Of a stretch of 64,000 nucleotides of DNA, positions 37,701 through 49,070 are shown in pieces. Position numbers and translations under genes: made by a program. Each line of letters starts with the position of its first letter. Position 1 is the first letter of the stretch. A model generated the notes under the pieces. The model worked only from the letters and a program-made list of their open reading frames with translations. It ran no database searches and had not been told where the DNA came from. The stretch covers positions 47,572-111,571 of the forward strand of contig CBFFRP010000092.1 in NCBI GenBank assembly GCA_965644295.1. Direction: 5' to 3'. Source of the DNA: Paraphysomonas bandaiensis (Eukaryota; Protista; Chrysophyceae).

Positions 37701-39456
37701 CACATCAGCCGATATGTCTGGCTTGACATCCGTATCCTCCTTTGTGTGAAACGAAACTCTCGTAATCTTTGATCTGGCACATATGCTACAGAGACAAGAT
37801 TTTTTTAATGCAGTCTTCGATAGGTGCTTCCTCTGCAGATTTGAGCCAGTGAACAACATCCTTCTATGTGCCTCCGTTAGAGCCCCTTTGTTGAAATGGC
37901 CCATTCTCCTATGCAGCAGATCCAACTCATCTTCTCCATACTGATCAGTCAAATTTGCTTCTGGTGCACCCCTACTACAGCTGGATACATCTGGCAGACT
38001 CAGTAAGGTTTTCGTAGGGACCGCAGTCATACCATTTAGCATGGGTCCCTCCAATACTGTCACTCCAGTGTTGTGATTCACGATTCGAATTCCATTCCAA
38101 ACGATGAACTCATAACCCATATCGTTCAAGCGTTTCCCCGAACACAGAAATCTGTTGATGTCTTCGGAGTATTCGACACCCTTCCAGTCGTTTACCCTTC
38201 CTGTTGCCGTTACATTGATCACTGTTCCTTTCTTGGAGCCTCTGATAACTCTATCTGATGGAGTTGATTCATCGAATACTTGCTGATCATTTATCAAAAA
38301 CATAGACGATGAACAGCATGTATCTATGTATGTATAGTGTTCAGCAGTACCAATCATACAACATGTGTCACTTTTATCATATATATCAACAGCGCAGTCA
38401 TAAAGCATATTCGCCTCGGACTCCGAGTCAGACTCGGTTCCTCCTCTGCGGATATTCTCGAATGTGAAAAACCTTCCCAGATTTCTGGGGTTTCTTGGTC
38501 TTTCCAGTCGAATTTCGGGGACATTCGTTCGCGCGATGGTTTTTGGATTTGCATACTCTGCATCCTGTATATTCCTTACTGCCCGGTCTTTGTCCCTTCG
38601 TTTCCCCCTTTTTCTTCCTACATTGTTCTGTATTATGATTGTGTATTATACCTTTCTTCGAGCAATAAGTGCACTTCCTCTTTGTAGATACTCTCTCTTT
38701 CTTTCGAGGCTTTTCAATATGATTCAGCTCCTCCGTGCTCTTGCGCTTCTTCTCTATGATTTTCCTCCCATACTTGGTGTCGTCGAACTGTTCGATACGT
38801 TTGGATAACAATTCATATGGTACATCATCGGGCATTAAATACAGGGCATAATTCAAACCGTCATATTCATCACTGATAATTCCCTCCTTCAGCCTACTAA
38901 TTTTTGATTCTTCCGTTACCGTTTGGTTATGCGCCTGAAGTTCACGAAGAAGCAGCTCATAACGCAGTACATACTCTTTCGCGGTCTCCCCTGGCTTCAT
39001 CTCGAATGATCCAAACTGAGCAAGCAGAGCACTAATCTTGTTTTGTGTTCCTCCTTCAAAACACGATTTAAGAGTGCTAACCATCTCTCTGGCGCTGAAC
39101 TTATTAACTCTTCCTTCAGCTGCCTTGAACTCCTTGTGCTTCAGATGAAACTTCTGCAGCGCCTTCGGAGATCGCTTCACCGCCTCTCTGCAGTATGAGT
39201 AGGCAATTGCATTCGCCTTCCAATACTTGTCCACCGCTTCTTTGTAGGACTTAGTCTCAAGACTATTCAGGGGTTGAATTCCGAAATCCTCTTCCTCTGG
39301 TGGTCTTTCTAGAGCCACCTCACTCTGCTCCTTTCTCATAAGGAACGTCTCAAAGTCTTCGATCCATTGTTCAACGTTGCTCTCGTCGAACCATGGAACA
39401 TCAGCTCTATCCTCCTTCTCTCCTCCGCATTCGCTACCATATTGACAAATGACCAT
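34722..39456 (-). CDS. Copia gag-pol polyprotein, three apparent frameshifts at homopolymers
   Basis: Gag CCHC knuckle CRVCKSKNHRANEC; protease YIDTCCS; integrase HHCC, HADGAGE, NAVEER and RVWGC; RT YKARLVA, LDVSSAF and YVDD; RNase H FSDADWAG and KHIQIKYHWVRE. Confidence 0.9.
39428..39439 (-). promoter_or_regulatory. primer-binding site TGGTAGCGAATG, probably for initiator tRNA-Met
   Basis: Abuts the 5' LTR; complementary to a tRNA 3' end ...CGCUACCA, similar to the yeast Ty1 PBS TGGTAGCG. Confidence 0.75.
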
Positions 39457-39759
39457 TTTCAGATGATTAAGATCGTTGTAAGAGAAGTTTAAGTTAGTCA
39501 AACTAGATAGATTACTTTATTATGATTGTATACACAATTGTATATGTTGTCATATAACACATGTCAACAACATGATAAATTATTTCGTTCATGTCAACCA
39601 CTGCTCAACTTTCGTATCTTGAATCGTCATGATATAATACTTCAGTTTCACAGTTATAGCTATATAGCACCTTTGACTATTGACTACGTATTACTGTTTT
39701 TCACATTGTATTTAACGTATTCTACAGTACTATCTTAGAGAACCATACGTATTCCAACA
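39440..39759 (-). repeat. 5' LTR
   Basis: Reads TGTTGG...TCAATA on the minus strand; direct repeat of 34235-34554. Confidence 0.96.
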
Positions 39760-41102
39760 ATATCGAGTCATTTGCGCTAACAGATGTTGATCGTATTGTA
39801 CATAAATGTTGAAGTGATACCTATGACAACTAGAGACTTATGCGACTGCAGTTTTCCACATTCATTATCACACTTATGTACGAATTTCAATACATCGAAG
39901 TTGCTATTTCCTCAGTATTCGTCTGCGGTAGCAGTAAATATGTAATAGAATTGACACATGTTGCTTGAATGGACTCATCGCTAAATATGATTTTCGCGTA
40001 GAAGTATATTACAGGCTTCGTACTAAACTCACAATCAGTTGTTTGGTATTCTTCGTAGCTAGTTATAAAACTGAAATATTAGAAAACGGCATCTACAACA
40101 AATACACCAAGAGAGTTTCTTAAAATACAGCACTTTTTTGCGTAGACGCAACGCACACTTGTGTTACAATGAAAACAAGCAGGCACGTATCGAGCCTTAA
40201 GTGATTAACTCAAAAGTTTTCACTAATTAACACTAGCCCTCTCTCTATAATGACTCATGAATCTTCTCTCAAGATAAGTTTGATATGAATATACACATCT
40301 TTGATATGCATATCCACTCTATTACTGTTGTCGCTTGTGATATATATATATATGTATATGGTTTGCTGATGAAACAGTATACTGAATCGAACAAAGTGTT
40401 ATCAGTGATATGAATATGATCATGTATTGATTACAGTCAAACTCATGTAAGTAATATGTATGTACATATATATAAGCCTCTACACTATATGTATGTATAT
40501 ATCAGTTGTTAAGAGTCTCTAATAATCACTATCAACTCTATCCACTGGATGTTATGTTGATAGACTGTGTTATAGTTAATACATCCAGTCAGGTATAGTA
40601 AGCTAAGTTGCTTCATGTGACCAAAGGGCGGATAGATACGACTGCTGTATGTCTATATAGGCATCTACTGCTGTATGAATATAAATATGGACAGTAGTTT
40701 ACCACAAAAAAAACGACTTATTTTGGTTTTTCTCCACTAAAATATTAAGAAAATGTAGAAAATACTGATATTTTTATAAATATTGAGATATTATATACTG
40801 TCCAGTAGTACAGTGTTGTGTCCTCCATGTGGTACAACGAATACACGCTGATACAACTGTGCAGTAGTTTTCAGTCGATCTACAGTACATACACATGACT
40901 GTGTGTACGATGATATGAAAATACCTCAATTGCTTTTTGAATTATAGAGATACACATATCTGAACACTATCAATCAAAGCATATACATATTAACGTGCTT
41001 GAATTGGAATACTCTCGAAGTGAATATATAGAAGTCGAAGTGAGGAATCAAGTGATTCTATTGGTTTAAAAGTATCATTGAATTTCTACTATATTCATAC
41101 AT

Positions 41103-41916
41103 ATGCTCACTGAATTAGACTTACGATCCCTATGGAAGGAGTTAGATGCCTATGAAACAGAGGTATAGTACTATATATGGTACATATACGTGTATAGTAT
41201 ACATATATATATATATGTACACTGTGTATTATACCATACATATATACATATACACACTATGAACTATACATACATACACATATATATATATACATACCAT
41301 AACATATAGATTATAATATAGTTAGAAGAAGAATCAAAGAGTTTACAAGATATATGGGTCAGAATAGGTAATCTTAAGAAAATAAATGAATCAGATATCT
41401 CCAGGTAACTCCCTCCCTCCCTACATATATATGTATGTGTATGTGTATGTATGCATCTGTTAACTGTCTCTTATTGTATGTGTATGTATGTATGTATGTG
41501 TATATGTAGTAGCTGATGTATGTATGTATGTATGCAGTGTGGTTACTACGAAGGAACTGTCATTTGTGGATCTCAATACTGTCATATATCTCAACATCGG
41601 AGGACAGTTATTCGAATCCACAGCAGAAGTACTCACACGTGATCCATTTTCTATACTTGCAGCACTCTGTCGCAAAGAGTGTCCCATGCCATGTGAGGAA
41701 GATCAGAGAACTTTCTTTTTTGACAGAGATTGGTGGATATTTCGACATATATTATCTTATTTACGGTCAAGTGTCTTACCTACAGACTTGGACACATTGA
41801 AAGAGCTGTACACTGAGGCGTCATATTATCGTATTGAACTTCTACAAAAGGCCATCGAAGAAATACCTCTTGATCGAATTCGAGATTACAACGGCTCAGT
41901 CATGACGTATACTTGA
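41103..41916 (+). CDS. BTB/POZ (KCTD/T1-type) domain protein, 3 exons
   Basis: IYLNIGGQLFESTAEVL...FFFDRDWWIFRHILSYLR...LYTEASYYRI; two upstream exons bounded by GT-AG introns. Confidence 0.85.
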
Positions 41917-42213
41917 TGTTCATGTGACGCCCTGTTTTAATATCTAATATTTTACAATGTCGCTCCAGAATGCATTTAGATATATGTTGCTCGTAATAAT
42001 ACTCTGTATTAACCGTACCAGTATGTCCTTCCAAGGTGTAAAATCGGCCACTTATCGGGATAAGTGAATTCGTATCTCTACGAATACTGTTTTGTTCCTA
42101 ATCAGATATCTATCATTGCCATTTGAAGACAGTATTTAGCCGAGTAGGTCATATATATCTTTAGTTGTTGCGTCATCCCTAGAATAAATTGTAGGCATCG
42201 GTGGGCCATATTA

Positions 42214-42510
42214 GGTACCTATAGGTACTTCGAACTACCTATAGATACTTCATGCATACCTATTAGGGACCTACCAGTAGGTATTCCTAGCGACCCTACC
42301 TATAGGTACCATAAAATCATACCTATAGGTGCCTCGACCGTAGGTATTACTTATAGGTATGTTGTCATCTACCTATAGGTATTAGTGCACGTTAACTATA
42401 GGGACCAGCACATCATACCTATAGCCTATAGATACCTCGACCGTAGGTATTACTTATAGGTCAATTGTCATCTACCTATCGGTGCTAGCCCACATAACAT
42501 ATAGCCTATA
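42214..42510. repeat. array of palindromic ACCTATAGGT-like motifs
   Basis: About ten CCTATAG(G/A)T variants, plus an internal duplication CCTCGACCGTAGGTATTACTTATAGGT. Confidence 0.75.
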
Positions 42511-43439
42511 TTTCGAGAGTATTGAATTCCTCTCTGGAGACAAATTAATACCCATATGAATCCAAAGTTAGCCAGACTTACTGGTCTGAAGATTGACGAC
42601 ATTGTGCCTTTGATAGGATGCGCTTCGCACAAACTGAACTTAGCTGTGCTTCTATATTGTGAAGATCATTATCCTGGGATGGTAGAAAGCATTACCAAAT
42701 TGTGTCAACACCTCCGCACTCTGAAAAATGCAGGCAAATTAAGGAAACATGACTTGTCATGTGCTCTTGATTGACATCGGAGTTAAGAGAATTCGAAAAA
42801 GTGTCTATGATTCTCAAGAAAGATGGCGCCGAACAGGCCGATCTTAGTGATGTGCGTTTTTTATTCAATACCTTAATTCAGAAACTCCATAATACTAGCC
42901 ATCACCTTGGTGTGGATGCGGACATAGTTATGAATCAGACTTTCGAAAATGCTGTTGTGAAAGTCCAAAGCGGATTGGAGGACACTCTCACTCGACCTGA
43001 GAAGGCGCAGCTCAAACGTTTTCTGTTGGACAGAACTGATGAAGAAGAGGAAAAAGAAGATGATGGTGTCGACTCACTGGCGAGAAGACACCAAGCGCAC
43101 CAAGAACAAAAGTGACTACGCACTACCAAACCAACTAAGTACCGCTGCTTGAAGCATATTTACTCTACTACTAATTGTGTAGAAAGTCTTTTCAGTAGAG
43201 CTAAAATTAACATGAGTGATCTGCGCAAATCTATGGCACCTCATCGATTAGAGGCCCTTATGTTCTTGCGCTTTAATAGATTTCTGTGGAATGCAAGTAC
43301 GGTTGAAGATGCTATACGTGCTTGTAACGAGTAACTAAGTTAATTAGACAATAATTGGCACAATTAAATTGCAACCTATAGCTAATAATTGCAATAAAAC
43401 ATTTGCAATTTTATTGCTATTAATTGTTACTCAGCCCTG
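42511..43439 (+). mobile_element. 5'-truncated hAT transposon fragment
   Basis: IGCASHKLNLAV (CxxH) and STTNCVESLFSRAK; right TIR TTGTTACTCAGCCCTG; its 3' part is nearly identical to 22117-22476 in reverse orientation. Left boundary approximate. Confidence 0.88.
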
Positions 43440-43788
43440 CATATAGGTGTCTCAGCCCTAGCATGTACAACTAAAACGGCTTCACCAGACCCACTAAACA
43501 AATACAGGTCATCTTTTCATGTATATTTTAGAATTGTTTCTTTAAAGAAAAGAACCAAAAGTATGTTTTTCGAAGGATAGCATATTAGTTTTTACATAAA
43601 GCTTCGTATAACAAAAATGTTAATCTTATCGCCAATAAAAATTATTCCACATCAACAAGAAAACATGTGTCTGTCACGATTTCAACACAAATTTTTTGAT
43701 ACTGCACGCACACGACAAACCACTTAAGATATGCTAAAAACTTAAAAACACAAAATGCTGCTGTACCAGTATCAGAAAACGAACTATA

Positions 43789-46700
43789 TTATGCCGTCCA
43801 TCGCATTATCTGTCCAATTTTAGATGCACTGGCAACACAGTATTTATTAGATGCGATATCAGTGCAACTTTGAGCAGAGCAATTCAAATCCTTAGGTACC
43901 CATGTCTTGACTCCTTCCCTTGCCTCAGAAACTGCTTCAGAATCAGTACTCATGGTGTAATCCCATATACTCAGATTTCCGGAAGCAGAGCCTGTCACTA
44001 TAGACTGGTGAAACCATGCAACCTTTACAATGCTGTGCGCGGTAAATTCCGAGGTACACTTGAGCCTCCTACTGTCCCACACTTTCACAACGCCGTCAGC
44101 ACCGGAAGATATCATCCCTGGAACCCCACCCACTGCAGGTTCTATTGAGTTTTCATATGACTGTACCTCACTCAGACAATTCACTGAATTTCTGTGCGCA
44201 CCATGAGATGCAAGACAGTCTCCCTCCGCACTCCACATGTTTATGATTCCGTCTCGAGCGGCAGACATGAACGCCGGGCTTCCCCGGGTGGCGCTGTGTC
44301 CGCCCCCTGAGTGAGCAGGAATTGCTTTTATTATATTCACAGACCCAAAATGCTTATCGAGCGAAACACGCAATCGTCCGGACCTGATGTCCCACAGCTT
44401 CACAGTTCGGTCCTTACTCGCGCTAACCACTACTTTGCCCCCATCCACCCACTTCATTGAGAGAATGCTATCGGAGTGGCCTCGGAAGATGCAGACTTGG
44501 GATCGTTTCGCCCTCAGATCCCAGACGCGAACTGTCTTGTCAACAGATCCTGTCGCAGTGATATGAGGAGAACCCATTGCAGATGCAACCGTCTCTGCAC
44601 CCTCAATGCACGTCACTAACTCGTCATGGCCCTTCATAAGACGCACCGGCTTACCCTCAGAACCACTCCATACTCGCACACAGCCGTCCGAACACCCAGC
44701 CCAGATCGACTCACATACTTCATCTGTCCACATTCCCGTCACACGCAGGGGCTTCTGAGTGGACGGTACGCTCGACACCTTGGGCCCAACCTTCTTTCCA
44801 CTGCTAACGCGTTGTGTGCTGGCACCCTTTGGCGCAAAAGAAGCAGTATCCAAGACAGCCCTAGAAGAATTTCCTGACTCTGAGCTCCACACACGTACTG
44901 TGCCATCAAGGGAAGCACTAAGTAGCAAACTCTTGCTCGTTACAAGGCGGAGCTTGGAAACACTTGCAGTGTGCTCGTCGAGCAAAACTCCTGAGGGGTT
45001 GAGGGAAGGGGTCACTAGTCCATCCCCGGAGTCATAGTCATCATCCGATCCGCGGATGCCATATTCATCCGCCAGAAGAGATGCATCTTCATTGCTACCT
45101 ACCACTCCAACATCCTTGTTCCGGGTAGAGGGGTTGGCTGTGTTCATACCGCTCATACGAAGATCGATTGAGTCACCGGAAACCTCCAAATTGTGCCTCC
45201 TAAACGCAGACCCAGAATGTAAGGTTCCCACACCACTAGTCCCACCTCGACTCATAAGCTGCTTAGCACTGCTATTCTTTGACATTCGTGCGCCTTGTTT
45301 AGACTGGCTTAGCCTTGCATCCGGTTTGGGGGCATTTAGGGAAGTAGAACCGTGAAGTGAATGACCTACAAGAGCATAGCCCTGTAGCTGACCTTCTGAA
45401 GGAGACATCCCAAGAGCACGAGAAGAAGTCAACTGCTCTCGCTTGGCCTTACGACTCTTGCTCGCTGCCCACCGGGAATCAGTCATTTTTTCCAGTGACG
45501 AATCGTCATCGGAATCCTTGCGATGGCGATTACGCCGAACACTGTGAGCGTATCCAGTCTCATCATATCCATTTCGTACCCAATCATAGCCCTCATCTTT
45601 GGCTTCAAAGCTATCATCCGGAGCAAAATCAATAACATCATCTTCACTCATGGGACCACTCTCCGCCTCCTCGCAGTCTTCTGATAACTCAGCTGCAGAT
45701 ATATCATCGTCATCTTGTACGCACAAATCTTCGTACACTTCAGTCTCGTCGTGAATGTCATCCGACCTCATAGAGTGTGAAAAAAGAGGCTCACGACGAG
45801 CCTCTACTTCATCTTCTACCATCGACGAACTCTTGTCCGACTTCCAAGACTGCGCCATCGGGTCTTGAGGCATTGATGGTGGGGCCTTGACGGGGGTTGG
45901 CCTCTGCTTCGCAGTTGTGTCTCGGTCATTCCCAGGTCTATTCGAAAATTCATAAGGCTTCTTACGTAGCGTGCAGGTAGGAGAAAAAGTAGACTCTTTT
46001 CCTGCATCAGCCCGCAATTCCTTTCGGGGCGTTTCTCGCGGAGATCCAGCGTATTTAGAGCTCATAGCTACCTTCCGTATATGAGTTTTGGGGGAGCTAG
46101 TAGCAGGTAAAGTAGTGGCCCGTCTAGAAGGGGATGGTGGCTGGGATGTATCACTTCGAATTGACGGGGAATCGCGACCACGGGTAGACTTTGCGCCCTC
46201 AGACCTGCCGCCAAGTCTCCCTTTAACACCTCGGGAAACTTTTCCGCGGTTACTGACACTGGTAGTATTCTTCTTAGCAGTTTCCTTCTCAGTCATGCGG
46301 CTGATGCTTTTCCCCTCAGCTTTGTTCATATTCTCACCGTCATCCTTCCCCTCAGAGATGGATATCTGTTTAACCTCATCTGTAGGGGTGGACACTACAG
46401 AGTCAATTGTGAACAACTTTTCATCTTTGGCCGAAAGTAGGAGCATGGAATCAGGGACATTTGTTGCAGTGGTATTTTCCGGCGGCTCCTGATCTCGCTT
46501 CGCTGGTGTTGGACTCGCAACGTAGCTGTCCTCGGAACAGGCAGGGGATGCTATAGTAACTGGTGTGTGAGATGGCGCTGTAAGTCCAGCATCCACAGCC
46601 ATAAAGTGTTCAGTTGCAGCTTTAACCTTGCGTCTAGGGAGAGGATCGAGATTATCCTGTCGGTGTCGAGAGTTTCTAAACGGTCGTGCGTCAACATGTT

Positions 46701-48665
46701 CCGGACTTGGAAGTGGCTCCAATGTAATTCTTCCAGATTCAAGCGTGTTCGTACTATCTTCAAGATCTGAATTCTCCAAGGACAGGTTGTCAAGTGAGTT
46801 ACCTAGCGAGATATTATCACAAACAAGGCTTTTTTCGTCCTTTGTATCTTGGTGGTCATGCTGTCTGGACCGTATCGCACCCATAGCGCTAGCTAGCATT
46901 GTACGTGGCTGTGTTGCCTCCATGTCGAGGTCTAAAGACCCGCTCGCAGCGTCTCCATTTAGCGGTAGACAGGTAGTAACCTCAGGAGGATTTCCTTCCC
47001 GTTCCTGATGTAACAACTGATGCTGATTGGTCCCCGAGGAAATAGGAGGCGGAGAGTGCAGATGGGAATCCACGTCATCCTGTCTACTTGCACCTATGGT
47101 GTTCATGAGGCTTCGTGATGCAGTTGTAGATAACTTCCACTGAGGTGTGCCTTCCCATTCAGCAGCTGTTGTTGACACAGTCGATGGGCGGTTTCCCCAC
47201 GCACCGCTACCAGGCCCGGCAGACCATGAAGCTAGATGGCTTGCGTGCGCCACAAACGGGTGCAGGAGCAAAGAAGTGATATCCGGACGGTTCATGGCAT
47301 CCCGCTGCAGACAAGCATTCAAGAAAGTCAGTAGCTCAACTGAGGGACTCTCGGGATACTCCGGGAGTGTGTCAGCACAAGCAATGTGGTACAATACAGT
47401 GACAGGATTGCTGAACTGTGCCCACGGCGTCTTCCCAGTGGTCATTTCAATAGTAGTACATCCAAGTGACCATACATCCGCCTTTTTCCAGTTGAGGTGC
47501 TTCTCATCATTTCGTACTACCTCAGGCGCCATAAAAGATGGTGTCCCACGGACATCGTTAGAACCTGTGCTTCGGTTGCTAACTTCGTCTTTCTGCCCTT
47601 GCGGAACATGGACAGCGGGTGTTTCTACAGGTGGCCTCCAGTGCTTACTCGCTCCAAAATCTGCTAGCTTTATTGCACCATCGTTTCCAACTAAGCAGTT
47701 CGCTCCCTTGACGTCTCTATGGGCAATTCCATTTCTGTGTAAGTACTCAAGCCCAAGCAAGAGCTGTCGGGTGTACGACCGCGCTACGGACTCCTCCAGC
47801 TTGCCGAATTTGTCAATGAGACTCTTCAGTGATCCGCCTGGAACATACTCTAGGAAAACTGAAAGGGTTGTCGGCGTCAGCTCTGTACCAATATATCGTA
47901 CGATATTCGGGTGCTTCAGAGATCTCAGAGTGTTGATCTCGTTATCCAATTGGGCAAGTTCTTTTTTCGATATGTCGTCCATGGTCATTTGTTTCACTGC
48001 CATCAGTTCACCGGTCTCTACGTTGAGACCCAGGCACACAACTCCGAAAGCCCCCTTCCCAAGTATTTCCCCCTTTTTCCACTTCCAGGGCTTCTCGACT
48101 ACACGCGGGGAAGAAGTTTCAATCTGCGGGAATCTGTGCATCGTCTTACTATGCGCTGAGCGCAGCGGGGCGACGACGGTTGGAGATGGTGCTAGTCCTG
48201 GACTTGGACTCGCACTAGAATGGGGCATCTTAGCCCAATCCGACGATGCCAATGAGCCCCCCGCAGACCATAGAGATGACGTTCTCGCAGTTCGTTTGCC
48301 ATGAACATCAGGAAGCATATTCTCTGAAACCGTGACATTGACAGTATCCATATCTTCCAGAAATAGGTCGTCCAGGTCATTCTGAGACGCCAGTGTAATT
48401 AAGTCGCCATCAACATCTTCATATTTCAATGTCACATCGAAACCATAATCCATTGATAGTCGCTTCCATAATCTGTTTCACAATGAATAAGTAAATATAT
48501 TCGTACGGTAACAATACTTACTGAGGAAAACTATAATCCTGAGATATGATAACAACTCGTATTTCATTCTCATATCTACATTTCAGACGAATCCGCTGTA
48601 AGAAACAAGTCATATATATATCATAATACATGATCTTATATGAGTACCTTCTTCTGATTGTCCAT
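43789..48665 (-). CDS. MAP kinase kinase kinase (STE11/MEKK-like) with N-terminal PB1 and C-terminal WD40 repeats
   Basis: Two short upstream exons supply MDNQKK/RIRLKCRYENEIR. PB1 motif LKYEDVDGDLITL; kinase motifs GKGAFG, MAVKQ, HRDVKGAN, DFG and GTPSFMAPE; several GH...WD repeats. Confidence 0.92.
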
Positions 48666-49070
48666 ATGAATAATCGCCAAAATATTACAATCTATTTAAT
48701 ACCAACTACTACAGAATATACATACACTGTATACTGTAAGATTATATAAATTCATATATAAATCAATGTGTTTAGTTTAGTTTATTGATATGAATTCATT
48801 CACTTGATAGTTTTACTTGTATGTATGAATTAAATATAGAATGAATGGTGTGTTTTCATGAATTGATATGATGAGAATGAATAGAAGATATATATGGTGA
48901 AATAGTTGGATTGATATAGTGGAATATGAGATGAAATGAACTCTTATGTATGTATGTGTATGTTATGCTATCTGAGATTGTATATATATGTAGAGCTATG
49001 CATCTATAGTATATAGAGGGATAAACGTATATGAAGTGTGTGTTATACTGCTGCTGTACATATGCATACA

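Larger units (their letters stand above)
34235..39759 (-). mobile_element. full-length Ty1/Copia LTR retrotransposon
   Basis: Two 320-bp LTRs with one mismatch seen; 5-bp TSD ATATC (34230-34234 and 39760-39764); PBS and PPT present; gene order gag-PR-INT-RT-RH. Confidence 0.97.

Noticed and set aside
47147-48304. 385-aa plus-strand ORF and other long antisense ORFs (19008-19604, 46088-47008)
   Set aside because: They are antisense shadows of well-supported minus-strand genes and carry no motifs of their own.
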